Positions 39,791-51,605 of a stretch of 64,000 bases of DNA are shown here, in pieces. The stretch lies in assembly GCF_006345805.1 (NCBI RefSeq), contig NC_042997.1:2046001-2110000 (forward strand). Reading direction: 5' to 3'. The notes under the pieces are model-generated. The model saw only the letters and a list, made by a program, of their open reading frames with translations. It made no database searches and was not told the DNA's origin. The stretch's first letter is position 1. Each line of letters opens with the position of its first letter. Made by a program: the position numbers and the translations under genes. This DNA comes from Octopus sinensis. Its lineage: Eukaryota.

Positions 39791-41387
39791 TTTGGCGAAC
39801 ACGATTATTGAAAAGCGAAAAGAAAGGCACATAGATTATTGTAAATTTATGTGCCTTTCTTTTCGCTACTATAAAAACCTTTCCACCTCAGAGACGTCAC
39901 TTCTCATAATTCAGACACTTCAATCAAGCCCACTCGCTCCTCCAACTTCTGTGAAGGTTACTATATACACACCCCTTTTCCTACTTACACATTTCTCCCT
40001 TTACACATTTCATTCTTAGAATATCTGCCATGTAACATCTTCACCGCATATATATTTCCTATATATGTAAACATGCAGCAGTTATCACGGAACGTTAACG
40101 GTATAATTGTCAGCAACTTCGAAAGTGTTGCAATTGCCATAGGCTCCGTCCCTTTTCTGTGCTTCTCGAGCAGATATGAAGCATTGTTTTTTAAATCTAG
40201 AAAGCATTTGACTAAATATGTGATAACAAATTAATTGCTACCTGTTTATTATATATATACTGAAAAGCAAAAATTATAGCGAATCGAATTTCAAAATGGT
40301 AGTGAAAATGCACGCCTATATACAAAACCTCAAAACAAGAGTTAAAATGAGAAATGATTCAGCGAAACTAAAGTAAACAGGAGCGAAACGAAATGAAAGA
40401 GTAAAGTTTACAAAAATAATGCATACCACTTGCATCATTTATATCACTTATACACTTATACATCTTGAGTGTACAAATTTGAATTCTATTTATCATGATT
40501 TTTACGGGAGAATTCATTCGAACACAGAATAATTTAATTGCAAATAAACAGAGGAAATAGTATGACACTTATATATTAGTATTAAATTTTCACTTAGCTC
40601 ATTCGTTTGGTCCAACAGCTTACGCTGTTCATTCGGTTGGCTACTCTACTTCAGTAATCTCTAATTTTATGTCGCATGGCAGAGAAAGCGAGAATGACTT
40701 TAAGCAAATTTGTTGAACTTCGGTATAAAGTTCAGCAGAGGTCGACGCTGTTTTCAGAACCATTTCAGCAGTCAGGATTGTAATTTGTGAAGAAGTGATT
40801 TAATTTCAGATGATAAATGCAGTATGTTATTCTCACACATGTACAGTAAAATTGATCTTAACACAGCTGGAATTATAATACTGACAGTGAAATCTGGAGA
40901 ATAGAACAAGCGTCTAAGTCAACAATAGAGCGTTAAGATAAGAATATTACTCCTATAACAGGAGGAAGTGATTGCCCAATATCAGAAAACCATCTATAGA
41001 GTTTGGAATAAAGACATCAGATAATATTGTTATATTCCAATGTACACTCGCTATTTAAATACGAAGCTTTAACGCATCTTTGCATTAGTGTTGACAATAT
41101 ATTGCTAGTATTACTAGAAAGTATAACAGTTATCAACATCATCATCAATATCATTAGTATTACTATTATTTGTACTACGATAAGGATGGCTGACAGCAAA
41201 CTTGAACAGAATGAACTGCATATTTTACCACGAACGTTTTCGTTCCGAGTTCAGTTACCACTATGAATTAATTTCTCTTTCATCAATCCGGGACGGCATG
41301 AAAATGTTCATTTCAAGTATTGGGCGTCGATTTACACACTTAATCACAATGAAGGAACTTACGTTATTGTAGAATATGGACAGTAGT

Positions 41388-41760
41388 GACGGTGTGGTAA
41401 GTAGCTTGCTTAACAACCACACGGTTCCGGGTTCATTTCAACTGCGTGGCATATTGGGAAAGTGTTTTCTACTATAGCCTTTGGTAGACAGAAACTGAAA
41501 GAAGCCCGTTGTATATATGTATATGTATGTATGTGTGTGTATATGTTTGTGTGTCTGTGTTTCTCCCCTAACATCGCTTGACAACGAATGGTGGTGTGTT
41601 TACGTCCCCGTAACTTAGTGGTTCGGCAAAAGAGACCGGTAAAATATGTACTAGGCTTCCAAAGAGTAAGGACTGGGGTCGATTTACTCGACTAAAGGTG
41701 GTGCTCCAGCATGGCTGCACTCAAATGACTGAAACAAGTAAAAGAGTAAAAGAGTAAATG
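41388..41760 (+). mobile_element. SINE family A
   Basis: gtgtggtaagtagcttgct..aaccacacggttccggg..ggtgctccagcatggc..aaacaagtaaaagagtaaaagagt. Confidence 0.85.
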
Positions 41761-42197
41761 TGTAAAAGAGTAATGATACCTGTTTCTTAAAGAACTGGCA
41801 GATGTATTACCGTTACAATGACAAAAATATAAGTAAGCCACAGTATAGCCGCTGTCTAAAGAGATAAAAATAATGTATAGGTGGCTTTATTTCCAGAGCG
41901 AAAGTAAAGATTTGTATTGAACATATGCTTATTAGTGCGTTTGACTTTCTTCATAATACGGACTGAGACTAATAGATACAGTTGGGTCAGATAAGTTTCT
42001 TTATCACCTAAATTGCACAAATATTTGCTCTAGCTTTGTAACAAATATGTTTAAAGGGTAACATGATCATTTCCTGGTATCGAATGGAGTAGTCGATTAT
42101 TCGGAATATTTCCTCTTGCTATTTGAATCACTTTAAAAATGGCACTTCGTATGGAATATTCATTCTACCTATCTCTTTATGCATCATTAAATATCCT

Positions 42198-43216
42198 TTC
42201 ACTTTCATCAGCAGATAGAGAAATTAATTTTTTGTAACTAAACACCTTCAAACTTCGGACGCTCGTAGACTGTGTCATATAAAATATCTTTTACTTTTAG
42301 CTTTGTTGAGAAAAGTTTCTATTTGCGAAGTTATTTCGTGTTAAAGTTGTCGTATTTCGGTAACTTCAACCAATCAATGACGTGTATACAGCTGAATAAC
42401 ATGAAACTGTTGTTTGTCAACAACAACTTCCGGCGGTGTATATTTCGTTTGTCACTGTTATTTATGACATATTTCATCTCAGTTACGTTCGTATGAATAA
42501 ACGAGTGTATCTGAAGCACGTTTACTTCATGGCACAACCATAATCGTTCGTGCATTTCTACTGCTTTTTAGGTTTTTTTTCCTGTTTTTCAGTTAATATT
42601 TTGGTAAAGGCTTCCTCCCGTCCCCACCCATTTTCTCGCAAATTATTGATTAAAAAAAAATTTGCCAAAAACTCAGCTTTTCGGATACGGAGATTCCGGA
42701 GAAGTATCAATAATCGGAATTCTGAAATTCTTCGGCCCCATTACCCCTCCCCATCCAATTTCAATATTTTTTACTTTTTTCCGTAATCCTAACCCTAAAA
42801 GCCCAACCCTAACCCTACAATCCTACAACCCTAACCCCAAAACCCAAAACCTAAAACCCTAATACTAGCACCCTAACCCTGACCCTAAAACGCTAGCGCT
42901 AACCCTAAAATCCTAAAGCTAAAACCAATACAAACGCACGAACGAGGTCTTAAATAACTGACAAACGAAATATACACCGCCGATAGTTGTTGATGAAAAA
43001 CAACAGCAGTAATTTTATACAAATGAATACACGTCATTGATTGGTTGAAATTACAGAAATACGACAACTTTAACACGAAATAACTTCGTAAATAGAATCT
43101 TTTCTCAACAACGCTAAGTGTAAAAGATGTTTTTTTATGACACATTCCACCAGGGTTCGAAGTTTAAAAGTGTTTAGTTACCACAAATTAATTCTCGATC
43201 TGCTGATGAAAGTGAA
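42198..43216. mobile_element. MITE-like foldback element with ~300-370 bp inverted arms and internal degenerate (CCCTAA)n
   Basis: ttcactttcatcagcagat...tgtgtcat...gttaaagttgtcgtatttc...aaccaatcaatgacgtgta...cggtgtatatttcgtttgtca mirrored at 42915-43216. Telomere-like tract at 42784-42926. Confidence 0.8.
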
Positions 43217-43304
43217 TTTCCATGAATAATCCTTTATCAATATCTGGCGGAGTCAATATGTGTTTGTGGAAAGGAGTGTTCCTTCTATTATTAAAATAAT
43301 AATC

Positions 43305-43510
43305 TCAAATTTGGCACAAGGCCAGCAATATTTTGGACGGGTTAAGTCGATTACATTGACCTCAGTGATGAACTGGTACTTGTTTTATCGACTCCCAAAG
43401 GTTGAAAAGTAAAGCCGCCCTCCGCGGAATTTGAACTCAGAACGTAAATACGGACGATACACCAGTATGCATTTCACCAGGCGTGCTACTGATTCTACCA
43501 GCACGCCACG
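43305..43510 (-). mobile_element. SINE family B
   Basis: ttggcacaaggccagc..ttaagtcgattacattgac..ttttatcgac..gcggaatttgaactcagaacgtaa. Confidence 0.75.
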
Positions 43511-43824
43511 AGGCTAATAATAATAGTCCTAATTTGAGAAAATTACCTCAAATTTAGGGGTAAGGGACTAGTAAATAACATCGACCTCAGTACTCGACGT
43601 AGGAGTATGCTAGGAAATATTACAAATAAATTTTATTCGGAAATTATATAAAAAATCGGATTAAGTCCTATGGCAGCTGTGTATAAGTAGATCAATAATT
43701 ATAGGATAAAATGTCCCTTCCATGCAAACTAGGCGGACAAAAACGTATATAAAAGGAAGTGACCGCGTGTGTACCGTTGGCGATTTTTTCCTCCCTTTAC
43801 CCTTCTCTGGATCTTTCATTTTCT

Positions 43825-43898
43825 TATGTTTCTGACGAAGAGATCCGCTCGAAGCGTTAAACTCTCCTTCTTCCCTTCCTTCCTGAGCGTCCAATAAT
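43825..43898 (+). ncRNA. second hammerhead-like motif with GAAA>GAAG core mutation
   Basis: ctgacgaagagatccgctcgaagcgtt...gagcgtc at 43832-43891. The A15.1-equivalent base is G. Confidence 0.45.
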
Positions 43899-43956
43899 GC
43901 TATATTTGTTCCACGTCCTCGCGTTGTGCTTTCTCTTGGTGTTTTCATGTTTGGCT

Positions 43957-44032
<76 letters not shown>

Positions 44033-44147
44033 TGAAAATAGTAATGCAATACGAGAGTATTGCTTTCCAGTAAGTAAGGCATGTGTAAAATTTGAATGAA
44101 ATTGGTTGCGTAGTTCTCAGGTTTTAGGGCAACACACATTCTCAGTT

Positions 44148-44203
<56 letters not shown>

Positions 44204-44535
44204 TTACAAATGTTATAAATGCTGTAGGTTTTAAAAAAATAGGTTTAGGAATGAGTTTGGTTCAGCAGAAGGTGGGTTATTTATGGTTTTTTGACGTTTG
44301 ACAGGAAAAACGTGTTTTTTCTTTAGCTTTCGTGGCAAAATATTATTCCATATGTTAAGACATGTTATGCTCCACAAATGGGTGTTTCAAAATTCTAAAT
44401 TCAAGTCAGTGGCATCTTTCGTTTGGTAGTTATGAGGGAGAGAATGGTGACGGATAATTTCAGAGAAATAAGTATGGCGGTGATGATAAAATATTTTCGG
44501 GAACTTGATGACAGAGTTCCATATAAATGTATATG

Positions 44536-44599
<64 letters not shown>

Positions 44600-44627
44600 C
44601 TATAAATATGTGTGTGTACATATATAT

Positions 44628-44667
<40 letters not shown>

Positions 44668-44703
44668 TATATATGTAAAAATATCATTTATATATATATA
44701 TTT

Positions 44704-44770
<67 letters not shown>

Positions 44771-44912
44771 AAATAAATAGAAAAGCTAAAGAAAAAACAT
44801 CTTATTGCTGTCGAACGTCAAAAAACCATAAATAACCCACCTTCTGCTGAACCAAACTCATTCCTAAACCTATTTTTTTTAAACCTACAGTATTTATAAC
44901 ATTTGTAATCTT

Positions 44913-44943
<31 letters not shown>

Positions 44944-45062
44944 TATATATATAACTGAGAATGTGTGTTGCCCTAAAACCTGAGAACTACGCAACCAATT
45001 TCATTCAAATTTTACACATGCCTTACTTACTGGAAAGCAATACTCTCGCATTGCATTACTAT

Positions 45063-45111
<49 letters not shown>

Positions 45112-45169
45112 AGCCAAACATGAAAACACCAAGAGAAAACACAACGCGAGGACGTGGAACAAATATAGC

Positions 45170-45244
45170 ATTATTGGACGCTCAGGAAGGAAGGGAAGAA
45201 GGAGGGTTTAACGTTTCGAGCGGATCTCTTCGTCAGAAACATAA
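45170..45244 (-). ncRNA. minimal type I hammerhead-ribozyme-like motif (core intact)
   Basis: CUGACGA-A-GAG(AUCCG)CUC-GAAA-CGUU...GAGCG-UC: core boxes, 3-bp stem II, stem III ACGUU/GAGCGU, GUC cleavage triplet (45177-45179). Stem I is short and imperfect. Confidence 0.55.
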
Positions 45245-45306
45245 GAAAATGAAAGATCCAGAGAAGGGTAAAGGGAGGAAAAAATCGCCAACGGTACACA
45301 CGCGGT

Positions 45307-45337
<31 letters not shown>

Positions 45338-45914
45338 ACATATATATATATACATATATCTTATTAAGTGAGCGTAATTGTAATTAGCTACATTACATAT
45401 ACTTTCTATTCGGTGGTAAAATGTTTCCAGCTTTTTTTCCGGGATATACATATACGTATTGTGAATCTATAAGAACAATAGTTGCCAAAATCCTGATGTT
45501 ATACGTATATCTGGCCATTTATTTTGTTGGTAAAATTAGGGATGAGCATCATGTTATTAGTTTTGGAACCATATTCAGAAACAACTGTAACAGTGTAATA
45601 TAAATATTTCCTCTTCATCCATCGTCATTACTACTAAAACAAATAGAATATCCATGAAGAAGCTCTCTTGAAGTAGACCATCTAGAATACTCTGATGTCA
45701 CTTTACATAGTATGTGAATTGTATTAGGGAACAATAAACCGTTTATTGGAGCATTCATTTGCATCGTTTCTCCCCAGTCGTTTTCGTTGGATATAGCGTC
45801 TGGGTGAGTTAACCATGTAGTGTTCATAATTTGTTTTATTTGAAGGGGTCTTCATGCATATTATCTCTGTTTCTCTGTCCAATCTTTTGGATAAAAGCAG
45901 TTCCTCTGCTTCTC

Positions 45915-46190
45915 TTTCAAACATTTAATTTTGGAGAAAATTTTTTGGTGAAGTGTAGCTCCATTGCCTTTCGGACTATTAGGTTCATCTCTTGAACATT
46001 TGTAGTGGGAGAAGATTTTGGAGTTTTCTTCACCACATATTTCTAGATGCTTGTTTAGTGGTAACTTACTTAGATCCAGTTGTCGGGTGTGTTTTCTGTG
46101 AATTCTTACAAAGGGAATTTTCTTTGCACCAAATTATTTCGTCTCTTCTTTTATCTTCCTCATTTTACTTCTTAAAACTGACATCTTGAA
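45915..46190 (-). mobile_element. Penelope-like element GIY-YIG endonuclease C-terminal remnant
   Basis: Minus strand reads FGAK..RIHRKHTRQLDLSKLPLNKHLEICGEENSKIFSHYKCSRDEPNS/KAMELHFTKKFSPKLN, resembling Penelope EN C-termini (H..QI....LP...HL..C...E..FI..F.PKLN). The GIY/YIG core is missing. Confidence 0.55.
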
Positions 46191-47569
46191 ATGTCATCTA
46201 GCCATTACCTCCCACCGTGAGAAAATATTTAGTTACAAATGTGTTGAAAAGATATACAATGTGAATGGAAAGAGGAGAAAAAAGAAAACATGCTTTGTAA
46301 TGAAATTTCAATAGATCGACAATATCAAATTGAAAAGAAAGTTATCTCTCTTTCTCTCGCTAGCATTCCCCCTTTACCTTTCTTTCTTTTTGTCGATTGT
46401 CCTGCTCCCCAAAATAATTTCTTTTTACCTTGTCTCGGAAACAAACAATATAATTGAGAAGACATATCTCACTCTCTCTCTCTTTTCCTCTCTCTCTCTC
46501 TATCTATCTTTTCCTCCTTGTTTCCTTTTCTTTCTCCATTGTCCTCTTCCTAATTTTTCTCTTTTTCAACCTTTCTCAAAAACAAAAGCATAAAATTCTC
46601 GTTTTCTAAACAAAACAAAAGACATGCGATTCACAGAAGAGAACAAGGAAACATCCTGTTTTTTTTTATCATTTTGGTTTTAGTTTTTTTCATTTTTGTT
46701 TCATTTTTTCTGAAGATATGAAGAAACCTTAAAAGAGGGATGCAAAAATTGGACCGGAAATGAAAAGGTACGACTACTTTTAAGAAAATTGTCCCCTTCA
46801 AACAATACTGTAACTACATTTTTCTCAACATCTCCATCGCCCCAAAAACGTGAAATTTGTTTCGATGAAATAATTAAACTGTTATAGAAAATTTTCAGTG
46901 AGAAATGTTTCCTGTTCAATACTCGCTGTGAATTTTTGAATTTAGTACAGAAAAAGATAAAGGTTTCTTTACCTATGACGGAGTCGTGAAACGAGAGTGC
47001 GAAACATTCAAGCTATAAGAATTAACCCTGGACACGTTCAAATGTCTAATTTTTCTTCAAGGCTTAACTGTAAGCAAAGATGCAGAGATACGTGCTTGGC
47101 TGTTGACAGAATTAGAACAGGACCAGAACCGGTGTCTGCAGGCAAAAGAATGTTAAAGAATTATTAATTCTCTACAAGAGCGAAATAAAATCGAAGAAAA
47201 GGATTAGCCACAGATACATGCGTGCCGACCTGTAACGAATAAGGAAAAAGAAAAACGAAGATGCAGCCCCAATGCATGCGACGAGTGAGAGGTTCACATT
47301 TTATAAATACGTGTCCGTTTAAGAATTTAAAATGTTTTAACTATCAAAACATCGAACATGAACATTCCCATTACAGACATCCTGGAATAGTTTTCTAAGC
47401 AGAAAGTCTGGTCGAGGATAAGAAACGAAAGAGTTCGCTTAAACGGATGAAAGGGCTAATAAAGAGTCATCCAAAGTTCTGACTGCTTCCTATTTCTCAA
47501 CAAACATACGCACATATATGTGTAAATATTTATATATGTGTATGTGTGAGTATATGTATATATATATAA

Positions 47570-48774
47570 TTTTAGTTTGAAATGATGTATTTTCAAATTA
47601 ATTTTCGTTAAGCTACTGTGACTTTATATATCATTTTATAACCCGTTTTGTCGCACTATTTAATCGCGTTACTCTTTTTCCTTTAGAATAATTTGGCCAT
47701 TTTGTCCGGAGCGTTGAATACAGCATGGACAAAAAACAAATCCGCACAATTTTCTTATTCCAGTCCAAGCAAGGCCGAAAAGCTGTTGAAACACCTCATA
47801 ATATCAACGATGTGTTTGGCCCAGGAACGACTAATGAACGTACAGCACAAGGGTGGTCCAAGAAATTTCGCGGTGACGAGAATCTTGAAGAAAATAAGCG
47901 TAGTGATCGGCCACCGATAACGATGAGCTAAGACCCTTAGTGGAAGCCAATCCTCGCACAACTTTTCAAGAGCTTGCTTCCGAATTAGTCGTAACGTATA
48001 CGACAATTTCCAAACACTTGAAAGCGATTGGAAAGACCAAAATACTCGAGAAATGGGTGCCACACGAATTCAACGACAACCAAACAAAAACAAAACCCAA
48101 AAAAACGCCGTTTTGAAGAACGAAGAACGACCCGTTTCTCGACCGGATTGTGTCTTGCGATGAAAAGTGGGTTCTTTACGACAACCGGCGACGCTCAGCT
48201 CAGTGGTTGGACGACGACGAAGCTCCAAGACACTTCCCTAAGTCAAAGTTGCACCAAAAGAAGGTCCTGGTATCTGTTTGGTGGTGTGCGGCCGGTGTCA
48301 TCCATCACAGCTTTTAGGATCCAGGCGAAGAAGTACTGTCAGTAAATGGATGAAATGCATAAGAAACTCCGACAACAACAGCCAGCATTGGTCAGTAGAA
48401 AAGGGACAAGTCTTCTTCACGTCAACGCTCGGCCGCACGTCGCACAAGTGACCATGTAGAAGTTGAACGAATTAGGCTACGAACCTCTGCCTCCTTCGCC
48501 ATACTCACCAGACCCCTCTCCTACAGACTACCTCTTTTTCAAGTATCTCGAAAACCCCCTGCTTGAGAAATGCATCAAAAACCAAGGCGATGCCAAACAC
48601 GCCTTCAACGATTTTATCACCACCTGATACTGGCATAAATAGACTTGTTTCGCATTGGCAAAACTGTGTTGATATTGTTGGTGTTTATTTCGATTAATAA
48701 AATTGTGTTTTGTTGCGAGATATGTGCATCTGAAGTTAAAGGTTAAAAATCGAAAGCACTTGCTTGACAAAATA
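47570..48774 (+). mobile_element. mariner (D,D34D) DNA transposon, defective
   Basis: MDKKQIRTIFLF.., [29 protein letters not shown] (second catalytic D>V), YSPDPSPTDYLFFK, RLVSHWQNCVD..GVYFD* (stop 48695-48697). Frameshifts present. Right TIR-like end ~48746-48774; no matching left TIR seen. Confidence 0.92.
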
Positions 48775-51184
48775 TATATATATATGCCACTAACAACAAC
48801 AGCAAAATCAACAAACAAATAGATAATGAAAACTATCTAAATACAAGAAAAAATAGTAATACTACATTAACACCAGCATAGACACACCTAAAAATGCTAT
48901 TAATTCCAAAACAAAAATATATATCGTTACCGACACCCACATTTCCGCTAGCATTATTAATGAGAACAGCACCGAGACTAGCAAACCAAAACTTAACTGT
49001 TTGAATGCAAGATTCTCTTCCTCTAGCCTTTCATGTGTAGGAAAATTCTAAATATTTTCTAATCTGGTTTGGACGAACGATATCTTTGAATCGTATCGCA
49101 ATAGGCTCGGAAGACTCAGAAAATCTTATGATACATAGGTGTACAGAATTGAAATCCAGAAAAATGAAACAAGTCACAGTAAATCAAAGCGAAATGTGTG
49201 AGAAACCAATTTGCTCTTATGCCCTTCAACGAAAATGGTTCGGCGTTATAGAGGTGAAGTTTCTGACAAAGATGCTGACTCTGATCTAATTCTACCGGAG
49301 AGTGGTAGAAAGAAAGGACTGTCGAGTAAGAGCTTTTTGCTGTATATCGAATATCACAGGTCCACAAGCGGGCAATCAATAACAAGGCAACACAAAACAG
49401 CAATAAGGACCCGTCCCAAATGCGCAGCAATATAAGTACAGTAAAAAGAAAAGATACACCACTCCACCATGGCATTTCGGTCACAACGTCATATACGTAG
49501 ATATACCACGCAACAAAGGTGACATGGATAACTCTGAGTTACCGAAAGTGACAAATAAACGAAAATATGCGTTTTGAAACAATAGGTGACAAGGAAACAA
49601 CAACACACTGCCCCCCACCCCGATTCAACAATCTGAACACTAGTACTAGTACTGTTAAGACCACCACCACCATCACGACCAACACCACTACCACCATCAC
49701 CACCACCACCATCATCATCATCACAGATACTATCCCCAACTTCAAAAACAGAAGAATAAGTCGATCAGCCCAAAGCATCACAAAGGAAAACACTCGCAAA
49801 AATCGCAATCTATATGGCCATAAAAACAAAGAACAAAACCTAGCAAGCCTTGCCCATCAATATACGAATATTATAAACCCGGTATTTTGGCAACGAAAAA
49901 CTATTCTAACGTACATTCAAATCCTACGAAATACGAAAATGAATGACAATGTTCAAAACCCCAAATTTCATAATGGAAGGGAGATAATCGAAGTATACTA
50001 AAGAAAATAATGTACAAAGGAATCGACTGACGAGAGTAGCGGATTTGGTTGCGTCAATGGCAACAACATCAACGACAAAAAAATGAATACTGTCGGACTA
50101 ATAGGCATAGTTGAAAAAATCAACAACAGCAGCAAGACTACCACCATGAAGTCTTTTAGTAAGATATAAAGCATGCTTAGGATGACCAGAGTATATGACA
50201 GCAGCAGCAACGGGAAACCTCCACTACCACTAACATCACCCTTCTTACATCAACAGGAACAACAAGAAAAAATTATTCACACAAAAATTAGTTACAGAGT
50301 GAGCAACAAATGCAACAATAACAAAATCTACTAATCCAGCAAAATAAAAAAAAAAGACATAAATTTATTCCACTAGCCTTGGAAAACAAGACAGTGAATT
50401 GGCTGAAGTTAAAACATTATTTGATTTTAGTAGGGGGAAAGGAGTGCTATTAGTGCCTCCTGAAATCATGTCAGAACGAGCAGAAGGTATGCGATGATTA
50501 ACAGCACCAGAGTAAATCGAAGAGGCTGAATAGTTTGCCGTTGAACTTCTTTCCATATGCCAAATTGTTCTCTGATCTCTTGGCAGTATAACAGGGGAAT
50601 TCTCAGTCATGCGAGTCGAGGTATGGTGGTGCTGCTTAGAAAGAATCAGAACAAAGGGGATCATATTGCTAATTTTAGGCTCGTAAATCTTTAAATGCAG
50701 ATTGCAAGATTTTGGTTAAAGTATATTCCAAGATGTTAGCTCTTGTGGGAATACAGTTCGGTGATGCGCGGATATGCACAATCCCACATAGATCAAGCCA
50801 TGACAACATTGCTGTTATTGTGAAAGGCGTAAAAAGTAAGATACCAGCCCAGTGCTGCCTACTATCGAATACTGAGACGCACTGTTTCTGGGTCACTATA
50901 CTTCCTGAATGTAAAATATAAAAGAGAGGTAACTCTGAACTGATTAAAAGCCATAGCTTTAACTGAAAGCACTCAACACTATTGACTGAGTTTGACGATT
51001 GGACTGCCTGGCCGGGATAAAGACTACCTCTATCAGCTCCAGGCAGCGATGAGGCGTAAGCGAACTTTCAATTTCGTTAAATTATATCTGTGACGTATTT
51101 CAATTTCTAAAGATGAATTAATTGTTAATGCAGTGGAGAAAATTTCTCACTTATGTCAAAAGGGATAAAAAGACTATTACTGCC

Positions 51185-51605
51185 CAGGGCAGTGTGGTAA
51201 AAGGCTTACTTCCCAACCACGTGATTTCAAGTTCAGTCCTACCACATGACATCTTGAGCAATTGTCCTCTACCATAGTCTCAGGCCTGCCAAAGATTTGT
51301 GAGTAGATTTGGTAGATGGAAACTGAAAGAAGCCCGTCGCTATATATATATATATACATATGTGTGTGTGTGTGTATCTGTGTGTCTGTGTGTGCGTGTG
51401 TGTCTATGAGCCTGTATTTGTCACCACCCTCGTCACTGGTTTAGAATCGGTGTTGGTGTTTACGTCCTCGTAACGTAGCGGTACGACAAAAAGAGCCAGA
51501 TGAGATGCGTACTAGGCTTTAAAATTAATTTGTTGTGTCGATTTGTTCAAATAAAGTATTTCAAGTTTGTGCACTAGCATGGTCGTAGTCAAATGACTGA
51601 TAGAA
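51185..51605 (+). mobile_element. SINE family A, diverged
   Basis: gcagtgtggtaa..cccaaccacgtg..ttgtgagtagatttggtagatggaaactgaaagaagcccgtc..gtcaaatgactga. Confidence 0.8.

Larger units (their letters stand above)
43759..45308. repeat. inverted duplication: arms 43759-44329 and 44780-45308, (TA)n-rich spacer
   Basis: Three unique modules separated by (TA)n occur in mirror order; only a few substitutions visible (e.g. gaagcg/gaaacg, atacga/atgcga). Confidence 0.95.

Noticed and set aside
42784-42926. Possible true telomere or chromosome fusion site
   Set aside because: Short, degenerate and enclosed within an inverted-repeat element.
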